Positions 27,926 to 37,748 of a stretch of 64,000 bases of DNA are shown here, in pieces. The notes under the pieces are model-generated. The model ran no database searches. It had not been told where the DNA came from and was given only the letters and a program-made list of their open reading frames with translations. Location: assembly GCF_013149785.1 (NCBI RefSeq), contig NZ_JABEZU010000002.1, forward strand, positions 186,001-250,000, written 5' to 3'. Position numbers and translations under genes: made by a program. The stretch comes from Isoptericola halotolerans. GTDB lineage: Bacteria; Actinomycetota; Actinomycetes; Actinomycetales; Cellulomonadaceae. The first letter of the stretch is position 1. Every line of letters begins with the position of its first letter.

Positions 27926-28864
27926 CTATCTCGCGTCGAGGGCGTGGGGGAGCCAGTCGGCGAGCAGCGCGGTGACCGCTCCCGGGTCCTCCTCGGCGAG
28001 GTAGTGGCCCGCACCGTCGACCACCTCGAACCGGAAGTCGCGGGCCAGGGCCGCGCCGTCGACGTCGGCCGTGGCGGTCCGGACGAACCCGTCCCGCGCG
28101 CCGTGCACCTGCAGGACCGGGACGTCGATGCGGCGGCGCAGCGCCGAGAGGAACCGCCGTCCGCTGGGGCGGACGGCGTAGCGCGTCAGCCATCGCACCG
28201 AGTCCACCGCGCTGTGCGCCGCGAACGGCACGCGCATGACCTCCCGGTACCGGTCGACGGCGTCGGGAGCGATCGGTCGGGCGGCGCCCGCGCCGAGCAC
28301 CCGCTCCACCTCCTGGCCGTCCGTGAGGCGGCGCTCGGCCACCGAGGGCACCTGGTAGAGCGCGAGGGTCCGCCGCGCGAGCGGGGTCAGCAGCCGGCGC
28401 CCGGGCACGTGCAGACGCAGCGGGTGGGGTGCGGCCAGGGCGGCGACCCCCGCCGTCACCGCGGGCTGCAGGGCGGCCATCGCCCAGGCCAGGACGCCAC
28501 CGGTGCCCGAGCCGACGACGACGGCACGGTCGTGACCGAGCGAGCGGACCACCCCGGCGACGTCGCGGGTGCGGGTCGGGACATCGTGCCCGGACGGCGG
28601 CTTGTCGGAGGCGCCGACCCCTCGCAGGTCCATGGCGGCCACCCGCACGCCGTCGTCGGCCAGGGCTACGAGCTGGTGACGCCAGGCCCACCAGAACTCC
28701 GGGAAGCCGTGCACGAACAGCACGAGGGGGGCCTGGTCGGTGCCGGTGCGTGCCGGTCCGGCCACCGCGACGTGGAAGCGTGATCCGTTCGCCGGGACGA
28801 ACTCATGACGCCACGGACCCTCCACGAGGGCGGACGTGTAGTCGGTGTCGGGCATGGCGGTCAC
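27926..28864 (-). CDS. Alpha/beta fold hydrolase (epoxide hydrolase-like)
   Basis: HGFPEFWWAW, DLRG, GHYLAEE. The nucleophile elbow is atypical (GSGTGG). Confidence 0.8.
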   Translation of the reverse strand: MTAMPDTDYTSALVEGPWRHEFVPANGSRFHVAVAGPARTGTDQAPLVLFVHGFPEFWWAWRHQLVALADDGVRVAAMDLRGVGASDKPPSGHDVPTRTRDVAGVVRSLGHDRAVVVGSGTGGVLAWAMAALQPAVTAGVAALAAPHPLRLHVPGRRLLTPLARRTLALYQVPSVAERRLTDGQEVERVLGAGAARPIAPDAVDRYREVMRVPFAAHSAVDSVRWLTRYAVRPSGRRFLSALRRRIDVPVLQVHGARDGFVRTATADVDGAALARDFRFEVVDGAGHYLAEEDPGAVTALLADWLPHALDAR

Positions 28865-28881
28865 GCGCCGAACCTACCGGC

Positions 28882-29628
28882 TCAGCCGCCGGAGGACACT
28901 CGCGCGGAGCCCTTCGCGCCGGAACCCGGGTCGTCGCCCTCGTCGTCGCGGGGCTCCTTCGGCGGGTCGAAGCGGTAGCCGACGTTGCGGACCGTCCCGA
29001 TGAGCTGCTCGTGCTCGGGACCGAGCTTGGCCCGCAGACGCCGCACGTGCACGTCGACCGTGCGGGTGCCGCCGTAGTAGTCGTAGCCCCAGACTTCCTG
29101 CAGGAGCTGGGCGCGGGTGAAGACCCGGCCGGGGTGCTGCACGAGGTACTTGAGGAGCTCGAACTCCTTGTAGGTCAGGTCGATCGGTCGGCCGCGCAGC
29201 CGGGCCGTGTAGCCGCCGGCGTCGATCGCGAGCTCGCCCGCAGAGATCTCCTGCGGGGCGTCGTCGGCGGGCCCGTGGGCGGACTTCTCGATGACGAGCC
29301 GCAGCCGGGCCTCCACCTCGGCGGGCGAGGCGTTCTCGAGCAGCAGGTCGTCGGCGCCCCACTCGTGGTTGACCACCGTCAGGCCGCCCTCGGTCAGCAC
29401 CAGCACCAGGGGCACGGTGAGCCCGGTCGCGTGCAGCAGGCGGCACGTGGTGCGCGCGGCGACCAGGTCACGGCGTGCGTCGAGGAGCACGACGTCCGAG
29501 TCGGGGGCGTCGACCAGCGCGGACGGCTCCATCGGCAGCACGCGCACCTTGTGCGAGAGCAGACCGAGCGCAGGTAGTACCTCGACCGACCCGCCCGTCG
29601 CGGGCGTCAGGATCAACAGCTCGGCCAC
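28882..29628 (-). CDS. glnR: OmpR-family nitrogen response regulator GlnR
   Basis: [67 protein letters not shown]. Confidence 0.9.
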   Translation of the reverse strand: MAELLILTPATGGSVEVLPALGLLSHKVRVLPMEPSALVDAPDSDVVLLDARRDLVAARTTCRLLHATGLTVPLVLVLTEGGLTVVNHEWGADDLLLENASPAEVEARLRLVIEKSAHGPADDAPQEISAGELAIDAGGYTARLRGRPIDLTYKEFELLKYLVQHPGRVFTRAQLLQEVWGYDYYGGTRTVDVHVRRLRAKLGPEHEQLIGTVRNVGYRFDPPKEPRDDEGDDPGSGAKGSARVSSGG

Positions 29629-29715
29629 GCGTACCTCCTCCCGCCACCGGTGGTGGCCAAGGTACCGTGCCGTGCGCCGCAGGTCACAACGGGTCGGCAT
29701 GCGAGACTCTTCGAC

Positions 29716-30450
29716 GTGACCGTGACGACCCGTGCCGTGACGACCGCTGCGCTCGCTGCCTTCGTCGCTGCGGCGGCGTACCTGGGACCGCTGTGGACGA
29801 CGGCGGCCGCCGCGGTCCTCGTGGTCCTCGTCTCCGTCGGGTGGGCCGCTCTCCTGCGCCTGCCCGCCGACGGCGCGACCGTGCTCGTCGTCCTGATCGC
29901 CGGTCTCGGCGGGGTGGCGGTCGCCTGGGCGACGCCCGACGAGCCCGTGCTGCGGCACGTCCCCGTGGTCATCGCGATGGCCCTAGTCCTGGCGTTCGTG
30001 GCTCAGATGCTCCGGCGAGGGGGTCGCCCACGCCTGGTGGAGTCGGTGAGCGGCATGACCGCGGGCATCGTCGTCGCCGTGTCCGCCTCCGGGTGGGTGG
30101 CCACGGGGCGCTCGGACGCCGGGGCGGCCCTGGTGCTGACCGGCGCGGTCGCGTTGGCCGTGGCGTCGGCCGTCTCGGCCCTCCCCCTCGCGGGCGGGTG
30201 GACCGGGTCGTTGCTCTCCGTGGCGTTCGGTGCGGCGGCAGGGGCTGCAGCGGGGGCGGTCGTGCCCGACGTCGAGCCGTCGACCGGTGCTCTGGCGGGG
30301 CTCGTCGCCGGGCTCGTCTCGGCGGCGCTGCGGTTCCTCTTCGAACGGCAGCCGGCGCTGTCCCGCCGCCGGGCGGGCCTGTCCGCGTCGGCGGTCCCCG
30401 TCGTGGTCACGGGGATCCTGGTCTTCGTGGTGGGGCGCGTCGTCATCTGA
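29716..30450 (+). CDS. Hypothetical multi-pass membrane protein
   Basis: Long hydrophobic ORF divergent from glnR. Start approximate. Confidence 0.65.
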   Translation: MTVTTRAVTTAALAAFVAAAAYLGPLWTTAAAAVLVVLVSVGWAALLRLPADGATVLVVLIAGLGGVAVAWATPDEPVLRHVPVVIAMALVLAFVAQMLRRGGRPRLVESVSGMTAGIVVAVSASGWVATGRSDAGAALVLTGAVALAVASAVSALPLAGGWTGSLLSVAFGAAAGAAAGAVVPDVEPSTGALAGLVAGLVSAALRFLFERQPALSRRRAGLSASAVPVVVTGILVFVVGRVVI

Positions 30451-31099
30451 CGCGGACGGCTTCTCCGGCGATCTCGATCCGCACGGTCTTGGCCACCAGC
30501 ACGCCACCGGCCTCCAGGGCCACGTTCCACAGCAGGCCGAACTTCTCCCGCTCGAAGTCCGCCGTCGCGCTGAAGCCGAAGAGGTGGCGGCCGGTGGGGT
30601 CGGTGCCGACACCGCCGAACTCGGCGTCGAGCGCGATCGGGTGCGTGATGCCGCGGATCGTCAGGTGGCCGTGCAGCACGAACCTGGTCCTCGAGCCGGC
30701 CGTCGCCCGGCCGGTGTCGATGTCCCGGCCGGGAGTGCGGCCCTTGAGCGCCGCCCACGAGAAGATCGGGTCCGGCGCGGGGTTCCACTCCACCCCCGTC
30801 GAACGGAACTCGATCGTGGGGAAGTTCTCGACGTCCAGGAAGTCCGGGCTCCGCAGGTGGGCGTCCCGGTCGGGGTGGGCCGTACCGATCGACGCGGCGT
30901 CGATGGTGGCGGTGACGGTCGAGGCGAGCGGGTCCTGCCCGACGTGGATGACCGCGCTGCCGGTGTCGAACTGGCCCCGGACGGGGCTGACCATCATGTG
31001 CATCGCCAGGAAGCCGATGCGCTGGTGGGCGACGTCGAGCTCGTACGTGCCGGCGGCCGGGATCACCAGGTCGTTCCACTGCCGGGTGGGTGCGGTCAT
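30443..31099 (-). CDS. YceI family protein
   Basis: GTYELDVAH, VRGQF, RDAHLRSPDFLD, LTIRGIT. AGGAGG RBS. Confidence 0.88.
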   Translation of the reverse strand: MTAPTRQWNDLVIPAAGTYELDVAHQRIGFLAMHMMVSPVRGQFDTGSAVIHVGQDPLASTVTATIDAASIGTAHPDRDAHLRSPDFLDVENFPTIEFRSTGVEWNPAPDPIFSWAALKGRTPGRDIDTGRATAGSRTRFVLHGHLTIRGITHPIALDAEFGGVGTDPTGRHLFGFSATADFEREKFGLLWNVALEAGGVLVAKTVRIEIAGEAVRVR

Positions 31100-31270
31100 G
31101 AGGTCCTCCTGGATACCCGACGGTGCCGGGCACCTGATGTCGGGTGCGGGGCGGCTGTGCCGGGATCGGAGCGCGTACGCTACGGGCGCACGCCACGACC
31201 ACGGTAGCGGGAACATTCATGCAAACCGATCTGTTCCCGTCGACGACCGCACCCACGAAAGGAGGTCGGC

Positions 31271-31723
31271 ATGGCCCAGCAGACAGCGGTCCTCGTCGCG
31301 CTCGTCGTGCTGACCGCTGCCGTCGCGCTCGTGTGGCGCCGTCGACAGGGGCAGGTCCGCGTCGGTGCCGCTCGTGCCGTCGCGTCGACGGCCTGGCACG
31401 AGGACCTCGCGGCCCTCGGCGCCGCGCCCGGCGCGCGGGCCACCTTCCTGCAGTTCTCGGCGCCGGTGTGCGCGGCGTGCCGCTCCACCGCCCGCACCCT
31501 CGCGGCGCTCGCCGGCCCCGACGTCGCGCACGTCGAGGTGGACGCCACCGAGCATCTCGATCTCGTGCGCCGCGCCCAGGTGCTGCGCACCCCCACCGTG
31601 ATCGTGCTCGACGCCGCCGGGGCCGAGGTGGCCCGGGCGTCCGGCGCGATGACACCCGACCAGGCGCGTGCCGCGCTCGACGCCGCCGCACCCACCGACC
31701 TGCCTTCCGGGAGGAACGCATGA
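31271..31723 (+). CDS. Membrane-anchored thioredoxin-like protein (ThiX-like)
   Basis: N-terminal TM, FSAPVCAAC, TPT. AAAGGAGG RBS. Confidence 0.8.
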   Translation: MAQQTAVLVALVVLTAAVALVWRRRQGQVRVGAARAVASTAWHEDLAALGAAPGARATFLQFSAPVCAACRSTARTLAALAGPDVAHVEVDATEHLDLVRRAQVLRTPTVIVLDAAGAEVARASGAMTPDQARAALDAAAPTDLPSGRNA

Positions 31724-32190
31724 CCTCGACGGACCGACCTGGCCCGCAGACCGCGCCGCCGGCGGGCATCGACCCCCGAGGACCCCGCGTCGGCGCGGGC
31801 ATCACCGCGGTGCTGCTCGCCGTCGTCGTCCTGATCGGTCCGCGGACCGAGGCGCTCGTGCTGCTCGCCGTCGTCGCGCTCAGCTTCCTGCCCGGGGCGC
31901 TGGTCGGCACGCACGCGACGTGGCAGGGCTTGCTGTTCCGTGTCCTCGTCAGGCCGCGCCTGGGGCCCCCGGAGCACCTGGAGGACCCGCGACCGCCCCG
32001 GTTCGCCCAGCTCGTCGGCCTCGTCGTCACCGGCACCGGTGTCGCGCTCGGTCTCGGCGGGGTTCTCGCGGCCGTGCCCTGGGCGGCCGGGATCGCGTTC
32101 CTGGCGGCGGCGCTCAACGCGACCGTGGGCCTCTGCCTGGGGTGCGAGCTGTACCTGCTCGGCCGACGCTTCCGGGGCGCCCGGGTCTGA
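31720..32190 (+). CDS. DUF4395 membrane protein
   Basis: IDPRGPR, PPRFAQ.VG, C-terminal GLCLGCE. ATGA overlap with the upstream gene. Confidence 0.85.
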   Translation: MTSTDRPGPQTAPPAGIDPRGPRVGAGITAVLLAVVVLIGPRTEALVLLAVVALSFLPGALVGTHATWQGLLFRVLVRPRLGPPEHLEDPRPPRFAQLVGLVVTGTGVALGLGGVLAAVPWAAGIAFLAAALNATVGLCLGCELYLLGRRFRGARV

Positions 32191-32233
32191 CGCCGGCGCG
32201 GGGCGTCGGCAGCGACGCGTCGGTAGCGATGCG

Positions 32234-32611
32234 TCAGTAGACGAGGGCCTGGGCCCCCGGGCGCAGCGTCTCCTCGACGAACACCGGCGCGCCCGCGATC
32301 CGCACACCCGGGACGACGTCGTCGGGGCCGATGCCCCGCCGCGCCGCGCACTGGGTGCACAACGTGACCGTGCCGGCCGCGAGGACCGCCTCGAGGAGGT
32401 CCGCGGCCGGCGCCGCGTGCTCCAGCTCGAGATCGGCCGCCCTGCCGGGCAGCGCGAACCACGCCGACTCCCCGGTGAGCCACAGCGAGACGTCGACCCC
32501 GGACGCGACGGCGGCGGCCGCCACCGTCAGCGCCTGGTTCGTCGCCTCGGGCCGCTCCGTGCCGGCCGTGGTCTTGACGACGAGGGAGCGCGGCGATGTG
32601 GTCTCGGTCAT
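32234..32611 (-). CDS. DsrE family protein
   Basis: LVVKTTAG...SLWLTGE...LCTQCAARRG. Confidence 0.8.
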   Translation of the reverse strand: MTETTSPRSLVVKTTAGTERPEATNQALTVAAAAVASGVDVSLWLTGESAWFALPGRAADLELEHAAPAADLLEAVLAAGTVTLCTQCAARRGIGPDDVVPGVRIAGAPVFVEETLRPGAQALVY

Positions 32612-32652
32612 AGCGTCGACCCTAACCGTGCGTCGGTGGGTACGATCGAGCC

Positions 32653-32766
32653 ATGTCGGTCCACGCACTCGAGATCTTCTTCACCAGCCTCCTGGTTGTC
32701 ACGGTCGGCGTGATCACCTGGTTCGCGGGCTACGTCGTCTACAAGCTGTTCCAGGGCCAGCGCTGA
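32653..32766 (+). CDS. Small single-pass membrane protein (37 aa), absent from the ORF track
   Basis: MSVHALEIFFTSLLVVTVGVITWFAGYVVYKLFQGQR. TACGAT lies 6 nt before the ATG; TGATG overlap with the next gene; GC-rich third positions. Confidence 0.8.
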   Translation: MSVHALEIFFTSLLVVTVGVITWFAGYVVYKLFQGQR

Positions 32767-33329
32767 TGCCTTTCGCCTTCCCCGAGGGCCTCGCCCCCGA
32801 GGTGTACCCGCTCGCCTGGCTCGTGGGCCGGTGGACGGGCGGCGGTGTCATCAAGTACGAGGGCATCACCGAGACGCCGTTCCGCCAGGACCTGGTGTTC
32901 GACCACGACGGCGGCCCGTACCTGCGTTTCACCTCGACGCTGCGCGTGCAGTCCGGCGCGGCCGCGGACGGCGAGACGACCGGGGGCGACGACGCCTTCG
33001 ACACCGTGTGGTCCACCGAGACCGGGTACTGGCGCGTCTCCAGCGAGCGCCCCGACGACGTCCCGGAGGGCAAGCAGCCGCTCGAGGTGCTCGTCACGGA
33101 CGCCTCCGGCCGCCTCTCGCTGTTCCTCGGCATCGTGGGCGACGGCCGGGTCGACCTGGCCACGGACTTCGTGGCGCGCACGTCGACCGCCTCCGAGGTC
33201 ACCGCCGCCAAGCGGCTCTACGGCAACGTCGAGGGCCGCCTGCTGTGGCTCGAGGAGCTGGCCGCCTTCGGTCACCCCATGGGGTCCTACGCCTCCGGCG
33301 AGCTCGACCGGGTCGACGACGCCTCATGA
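32766..33329 (+). CDS. FABP/nitrobindin-like (DUF1794) protein
   Basis: PLAWLVGRW.G.G, F.HDGGPYL, ETGYWR, KRLYG.V. Confidence 0.85.
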   Translation: MPFAFPEGLAPEVYPLAWLVGRWTGGGVIKYEGITETPFRQDLVFDHDGGPYLRFTSTLRVQSGAAADGETTGGDDAFDTVWSTETGYWRVSSERPDDVPEGKQPLEVLVTDASGRLSLFLGIVGDGRVDLATDFVARTSTASEVTAAKRLYGNVEGRLLWLEELAAFGHPMGSYASGELDRVDDAS

Positions 33330-34495
33330 CGTACCGCAGCCCGTTCCTCGCCCGGACCGGTGCCGTCGCCGCGACCGGGCCGGACGAAGGCATCGCCTGG
33401 CACTACGGCGACCCGGTCGCCGAGCAGCGGGCGCTCGACCGCGGTGGCGCCGTCGTCGACCAGTCGCACCTGGGCGTGGTCCGCCTCACCGGGCCCGACC
33501 GGCTGAGCTGGCTGCACTCGATCACGTCGCAGGACGTCGAGCACCTCGCTCCGCGCACCTCGACCGAGCTGTTCGTGCTGTCCCCGCAAGGGCGGATCGA
33601 GCACGCGCTCGCCGTCGTCGACGACGGCACCTCCACCTGGCTGGTCACCGAGCGTGACCACGTGGAGCCGCTGGTCGCCTGGCTGACGCGCATGCGCTTC
33701 ATGATGCGCGTGGAGATCGACGACGTCACCGACGACTACGCCGCGCTCGGCGAGCCGGTCGCCGCCGAGGGCACGCAGGACGAGCCCGTCACGTGGTGGG
33801 ACACCTGGCCGCGCGTCGCCGTCGGCGGCACCCGGTACGGTCCGGCCGAGCAGGAGCACCCCGGGGCCGACCGGCACTGGCGGCTCGTGCTCGTGCCGCG
33901 CGACACGCTCGACGACGCGGTCGCCGCGCGGGAGGCTGCCGGCTGGCGACTCGCGGGCACCTGGGCGACCGAGGCGCTGCGGGTCGAGGCGTGGCGACCG
34001 CGGCTCGCCCGCGAGGTCGACGACCGCTCCGTCCCGCACGAGCTCGACTGGCTGCGCACCGCCGTCCACCTGCACAAGGGCTGCTACCGCGGCCAGGAGA
34101 CGGTGGCCCGGGTGCACAACCTGGGCCGGCCGCCGCGCCGCGTGGTCATGCTGCACCTCGACGGGTCGCAGCACGTGGTGCCCGACGCCGGCGCCGAGGT
34201 CAGGCGGGACGGCGTGGACGGCAAGGTGGTCGGCACGGTGACGTCCGTCGCGCGCCACCACGAGCTCGGGCCGGTGGCGCTCGCCGTGGTCAAGCGGAGC
34301 CTGCCGGACGACGCCCCGCTCGTGGTGGTGGGGACCGTCGGCGCGGGTGCCGACGCCCAGCAGCTCGTGGTCGACGCGACCCAGGAGACCATCGTCCCCG
34401 GCGAGGGGGTCTCGGCCGACCGGCCGGAGGGGCGTGGCGCGACGATGCGGGGGCTGACCCCGCGCAGTGGCGACGGAGCCCCCGGCCTGCTGTGA
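33326..34495 (+). CDS. ygfZ: Folate-binding protein YgfZ
   Basis: KGCYRGQE signature and WHYGDP. Confidence 0.92.
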   Translation: MTYRSPFLARTGAVAATGPDEGIAWHYGDPVAEQRALDRGGAVVDQSHLGVVRLTGPDRLSWLHSITSQDVEHLAPRTSTELFVLSPQGRIEHALAVVDDGTSTWLVTERDHVEPLVAWLTRMRFMMRVEIDDVTDDYAALGEPVAAEGTQDEPVTWWDTWPRVAVGGTRYGPAEQEHPGADRHWRLVLVPRDTLDDAVAAREAAGWRLAGTWATEALRVEAWRPRLAREVDDRSVPHELDWLRTAVHLHKGCYRGQETVARVHNLGRPPRRVVMLHLDGSQHVVPDAGAEVRRDGVDGKVVGTVTSVARHHELGPVALAVVKRSLPDDAPLVVVGTVGAGADAQQLVVDATQETIVPGEGVSADRPEGRGATMRGLTPRSGDGAPGLL

Positions 34496-34502
34496 TCGTG
34501 CG

Positions 34503-35636
34503 GTGAGACCCCCGGACCCGCGCGAGGCGGGCGCTGCGGCGGGTGCTGCGGTGCGCACGCTCGTGCGACGGATCCGCATCCGCCAGGGCGTCGCGCGGGT
34601 ACGGTCGGGATTCTGGCCGATCGTCCAGGCGTCCCTGGCCGCCGGTGTGGCCTACCTGCTGGCCCGGCTGGTGCTCGGGCACGACCAGCCGTTCTTCGCG
34701 GCCGTCGCGGCCTGGGTGTGCCTGGGCTTCTCGTTCGACCGGGAGCTCCGCAAGGTCGCCGAGGTGGCGGTCGGGGTCGCCGTCGGCGTCGGGATCGGTG
34801 AGGTCATCGTCGAGCTCATCGGTACCGGCTGGTGGCAGCTCACCGTCGTGCTGCTGCTGTCCGCGGTGCTGGCCCGGTTCATCGACCGAGGTCCGCTGCT
34901 GGTCACCCAGGCCGGGGTGCAGGCCATCGTGGTCGTGGGCCTGCCGGCCGCCGTCGCGCACGACGGGGCGTTCGGACGGTGGACGGACGCCGCCGTCGGC
35001 GGCCTCGTGGCGCTGGCCGTCACCCTCCTGCTGCCGAGCGACCCCCTGCGGCGGTTGCGGTCGTTGGCGTACGAGGCCACGACGGAGCTCGCCGAGACCC
35101 TGGAGGCCGTCGGCCGCGGGCTGCGCGACCACGACATGGAGGATCTGGGCGGGGCCCTGGTGCGCGGCCGCGCGTCGGAGGCGGTGCTGGCCGACTGGAG
35201 CGCCACCGCCCGCAAGGCCGAGGAGATCGCGCGGATGGGTGTCAACCGGGGGCAGCGGGGAGACATCCACCAGCTCGTCGCGCAGGCGGTGCTGGTGGAC
35301 CGCGCCATGCGCAGCGTGCGGCTGCTCGCACGGCGCGCCCCGACCGTCGTCGGGCCGGACGGGACGTGGCCCGAGGTCGGGGTGCTGGCCGACGAGGTGG
35401 AGCGGTTCGCCGGCGGGGCGCGGCTGCTGGCCTCCGCCGTCGGCGGGGGAGGCTCGTTCGAGGAGGCCCGGGAGGTGCTGGCGGCCGTGGCCGAGGCGGC
35501 CGACCCGCACGCGCTGGGCGACGGGGACCTGCGGGTGGCGTCGCTCGTGGTGCTGCTGCGATCACCGGTGGTGGACGCCCTCGAGGCGAGCGGGCTCGAC
35601 CCGCGGGCCGCGCGCGACCACCTCCCGGAGCTCTGA
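34503..35636 (+). CDS. FUSC/aromatic acid exporter family membrane protein
   Basis: IVQASLAAGVAY, PFFAAVAA, QAGVQA. Start approximate. Confidence 0.75.
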   Translation: MRPPDPREAGAAAGAAVRTLVRRIRIRQGVARVRSGFWPIVQASLAAGVAYLLARLVLGHDQPFFAAVAAWVCLGFSFDRELRKVAEVAVGVAVGVGIGEVIVELIGTGWWQLTVVLLLSAVLARFIDRGPLLVTQAGVQAIVVVGLPAAVAHDGAFGRWTDAAVGGLVALAVTLLLPSDPLRRLRSLAYEATTELAETLEAVGRGLRDHDMEDLGGALVRGRASEAVLADWSATARKAEEIARMGVNRGQRGDIHQLVAQAVLVDRAMRSVRLLARRAPTVVGPDGTWPEVGVLADEVERFAGGARLLASAVGGGGSFEEAREVLAAVAEAADPHALGDGDLRVASLVVLLRSPVVDALEASGLDPRAARDHLPEL

Positions 35637-35656
35637 CCTCACCCGGGACCTGTGCG

Positions 35657-37651
35657 TCAGTCGGTGGCGTCGGTGAAGATCAGCGCCGTGACCTCGTCGG
35701 CGAGCGCGTCGACCTCGGGCTCGTCACCGGGCCACTCGGCGACGAGCTGCTGGAGGCGGCGGCGCTCGGCCTCGCGCAGGATCTCCGCCGAGAGGTCCGT
35801 CTGGTCGTTGGCGGTCACGGTGTCCCCGTCGACGACGACGAGACCTCGCGCCGCGAGCCCCGCCGCGACGTGCCGGACGGTCTGCTCGGAGACGTGGCTG
35901 CGTTCCGCCATGACCGCCACCTCCCGCGACCGTTTCAGCGAGACGCGGGTGACCATCCAGGCCTCCTCGGGGGAGAGGTCGGCGTCGGAGGCCGTGACCT
36001 CGTAGACGCGTAGCGGGTCCTGCGCGCCGACCCGGCGCCAGAGGATCATCCGCAGCTCCTCGAGCGAGGTGCGGCTGGACGGCAGGGCGAACGACTCGCC
36101 GGCGGCCTGGCCGGCGGCGACGCCGGGCTCGGCGTCCCGCGTCGCGGTGCGCAGCTCGACCTGGGGGAGCAGCCACGCCAGGGCGAAGGCGACGACCGCG
36201 ACCGGCACGGCCCACAGGAAGACGGTCTGCAGGGTGTCCGCGTACCCGTCGAGGAACCAGCCCTGGACCTCGGGCGGGCACTGGGCGAGACCTTCGACCG
36301 ACGCCCCGAGGGCGGCGGGGGCGCACGATCCCTCCGCAGACGCCGGGACGCCGGCCGAGAGGTTCGTGACGAGCTGGTTGGCGAAGATCGTGCCGAACAC
36401 CGCGACGCCCACGGACGACCCGATGGTGCGGAAGTACGTGGCGCCCGAGGTCGCCGTGCCGAGGTCCCGGTAGGCGACGGCGTTCTGCACGGCGATGACC
36501 AGGACCTGCGTCACCATGCCGAGCCCCGTGCCGAGCACGAACATGCTCAGGCTCGACTGGAGGGTGGTGGTGTCGCGGTCCATGAGGGAGAGCAGGTAGA
36601 GCCCGACGGTGGTGATCGCGGTGCCGACGATCGGGAAGACCTTGTACCGACCGGTGCGGGTGATGAGCTGCCCGGAACCGATCGAGGTGAGGAGCAGCCC
36701 CAGCATCATCGGGGTCATCTCGAGGCCGGACATGGTGGGGGTGGAGCCCTTGACGGTCTGCAGGTAGAGGGGCAGGTAGGTGATGGCGCCGAACATCGCG
36801 AACCCGACGACGAACCCGACGACGGCCGCGACGGAGAACACCCGGTTGCGGAAGAGGTGCAGCGGCAGCACGGGCTCGGGGGCGTGGCGCTCGACGAGCA
36901 CGAAGGCCACGATCCCCACCACGGCGACGGTGACCAGGGAGTACACCTGGACCGAGCTCCAGCCCCACGTCGTGCCTCCGAGGCTGGTCGTGAGCACGAT
37001 CGCGGTGGAGACGACGGCGAGCAGGACGATGCCGGCGTAGTCGATCTTCGGCCGGTCGCGCGGGGTGACGGGTGGCAGCACGGCCGCGACGACCACCAGT
37101 GCCACGATGCCGAGGGGGACGTTGATGTAGAAGACCCACTGCCAGGACAGGTTGTCCACGAACCAGCCGCCCAGCAGCGGTCCGGCGACCGACGAGACGC
37201 CGAAGACGGCACCGAACAGACCCTGGTACCTCCCGCGCTCGCGCGGGGAGACGACGTCGCCGATGATCGCCTGGCTGAGGACCATCAGGCCGCCACCGCC
37301 GACGCCCTGCAGTGCTCGGAAGGCGACGAGCTCGCCCATCGAGCTCGACGTGCCGCACAGCATCGAACCGCCGAGGAAGATGACGATGCAGACGATGAAC
37401 AGCACCTTGCGGCCGAGCAGGTCACCGAGCTTGCCCCACAGCACGGTGGTCGCCGTGGTGGCCAGCATGTAGGCGGTCACGACCCAGGACAGGTGCTCGG
37501 CGCCACCCAGGTCGGAGACGATGGTGGGCAGCGCGGTGGCCACGATCGTCTGGTCGAGGGCCGCGAGCAGCATGGCGAGCATGAGTCCGCCGAAGATCGC
37601 CCAGATCTTCGACTGCGGTAGCGCCTGCGGGTCGGTGCTCTGCGCCGTCAC
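35657..37651 (-). CDS. DHA2 (14-TMS) MFS drug efflux transporter with C-terminal extension
   Basis: LDQTIVATALP, GKLGDLLGRK, WVFYINVP. Confidence 0.9.
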   Translation of the reverse strand: MTAQSTDPQALPQSKIWAIFGGLMLAMLLAALDQTIVATALPTIVSDLGGAEHLSWVVTAYMLATTATTVLWGKLGDLLGRKVLFIVCIVIFLGGSMLCGTSSSMGELVAFRALQGVGGGGLMVLSQAIIGDVVSPRERGRYQGLFGAVFGVSSVAGPLLGGWFVDNLSWQWVFYINVPLGIVALVVVAAVLPPVTPRDRPKIDYAGIVLLAVVSTAIVLTTSLGGTTWGWSSVQVYSLVTVAVVGIVAFVLVERHAPEPVLPLHLFRNRVFSVAAVVGFVVGFAMFGAITYLPLYLQTVKGSTPTMSGLEMTPMMLGLLLTSIGSGQLITRTGRYKVFPIVGTAITTVGLYLLSLMDRDTTTLQSSLSMFVLGTGLGMVTQVLVIAVQNAVAYRDLGTATSGATYFRTIGSSVGVAVFGTIFANQLVTNLSAGVPASAEGSCAPAALGASVEGLAQCPPEVQGWFLDGYADTLQTVFLWAVPVAVVAFALAWLLPQVELRTATRDAEPGVAAGQAAGESFALPSSRTSLEELRMILWRRVGAQDPLRVYEVTASDADLSPEEAWMVTRVSLKRSREVAVMAERSHVSEQTVRHVAAGLAARGLVVVDGDTVTANDQTDLSAEILREAERRRLQQLVAEWPGDEPEVDALADEVTALIFTDATD

Positions 37652-37731
37652 GCCGGGTCCTCCCTGGGGGGCTCGCCTGCCGAGCAGCCTGCCACGGTCG
37701 ATCAGGCCGCGCGCGGCGACAAGTAGTTGAT

Positions 37732-37746
37732 CAGGTACAGTACCTG
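37732..37746. promoter_or_regulatory. Palindromic operator overlapping the padR -10 element
   Basis: CAGGTAC-A-GTACCTG is a perfect inverted repeat containing TACAGT 7 nt before the GTG. Confidence 0.55.
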
Positions 37747-37748
37747 CT

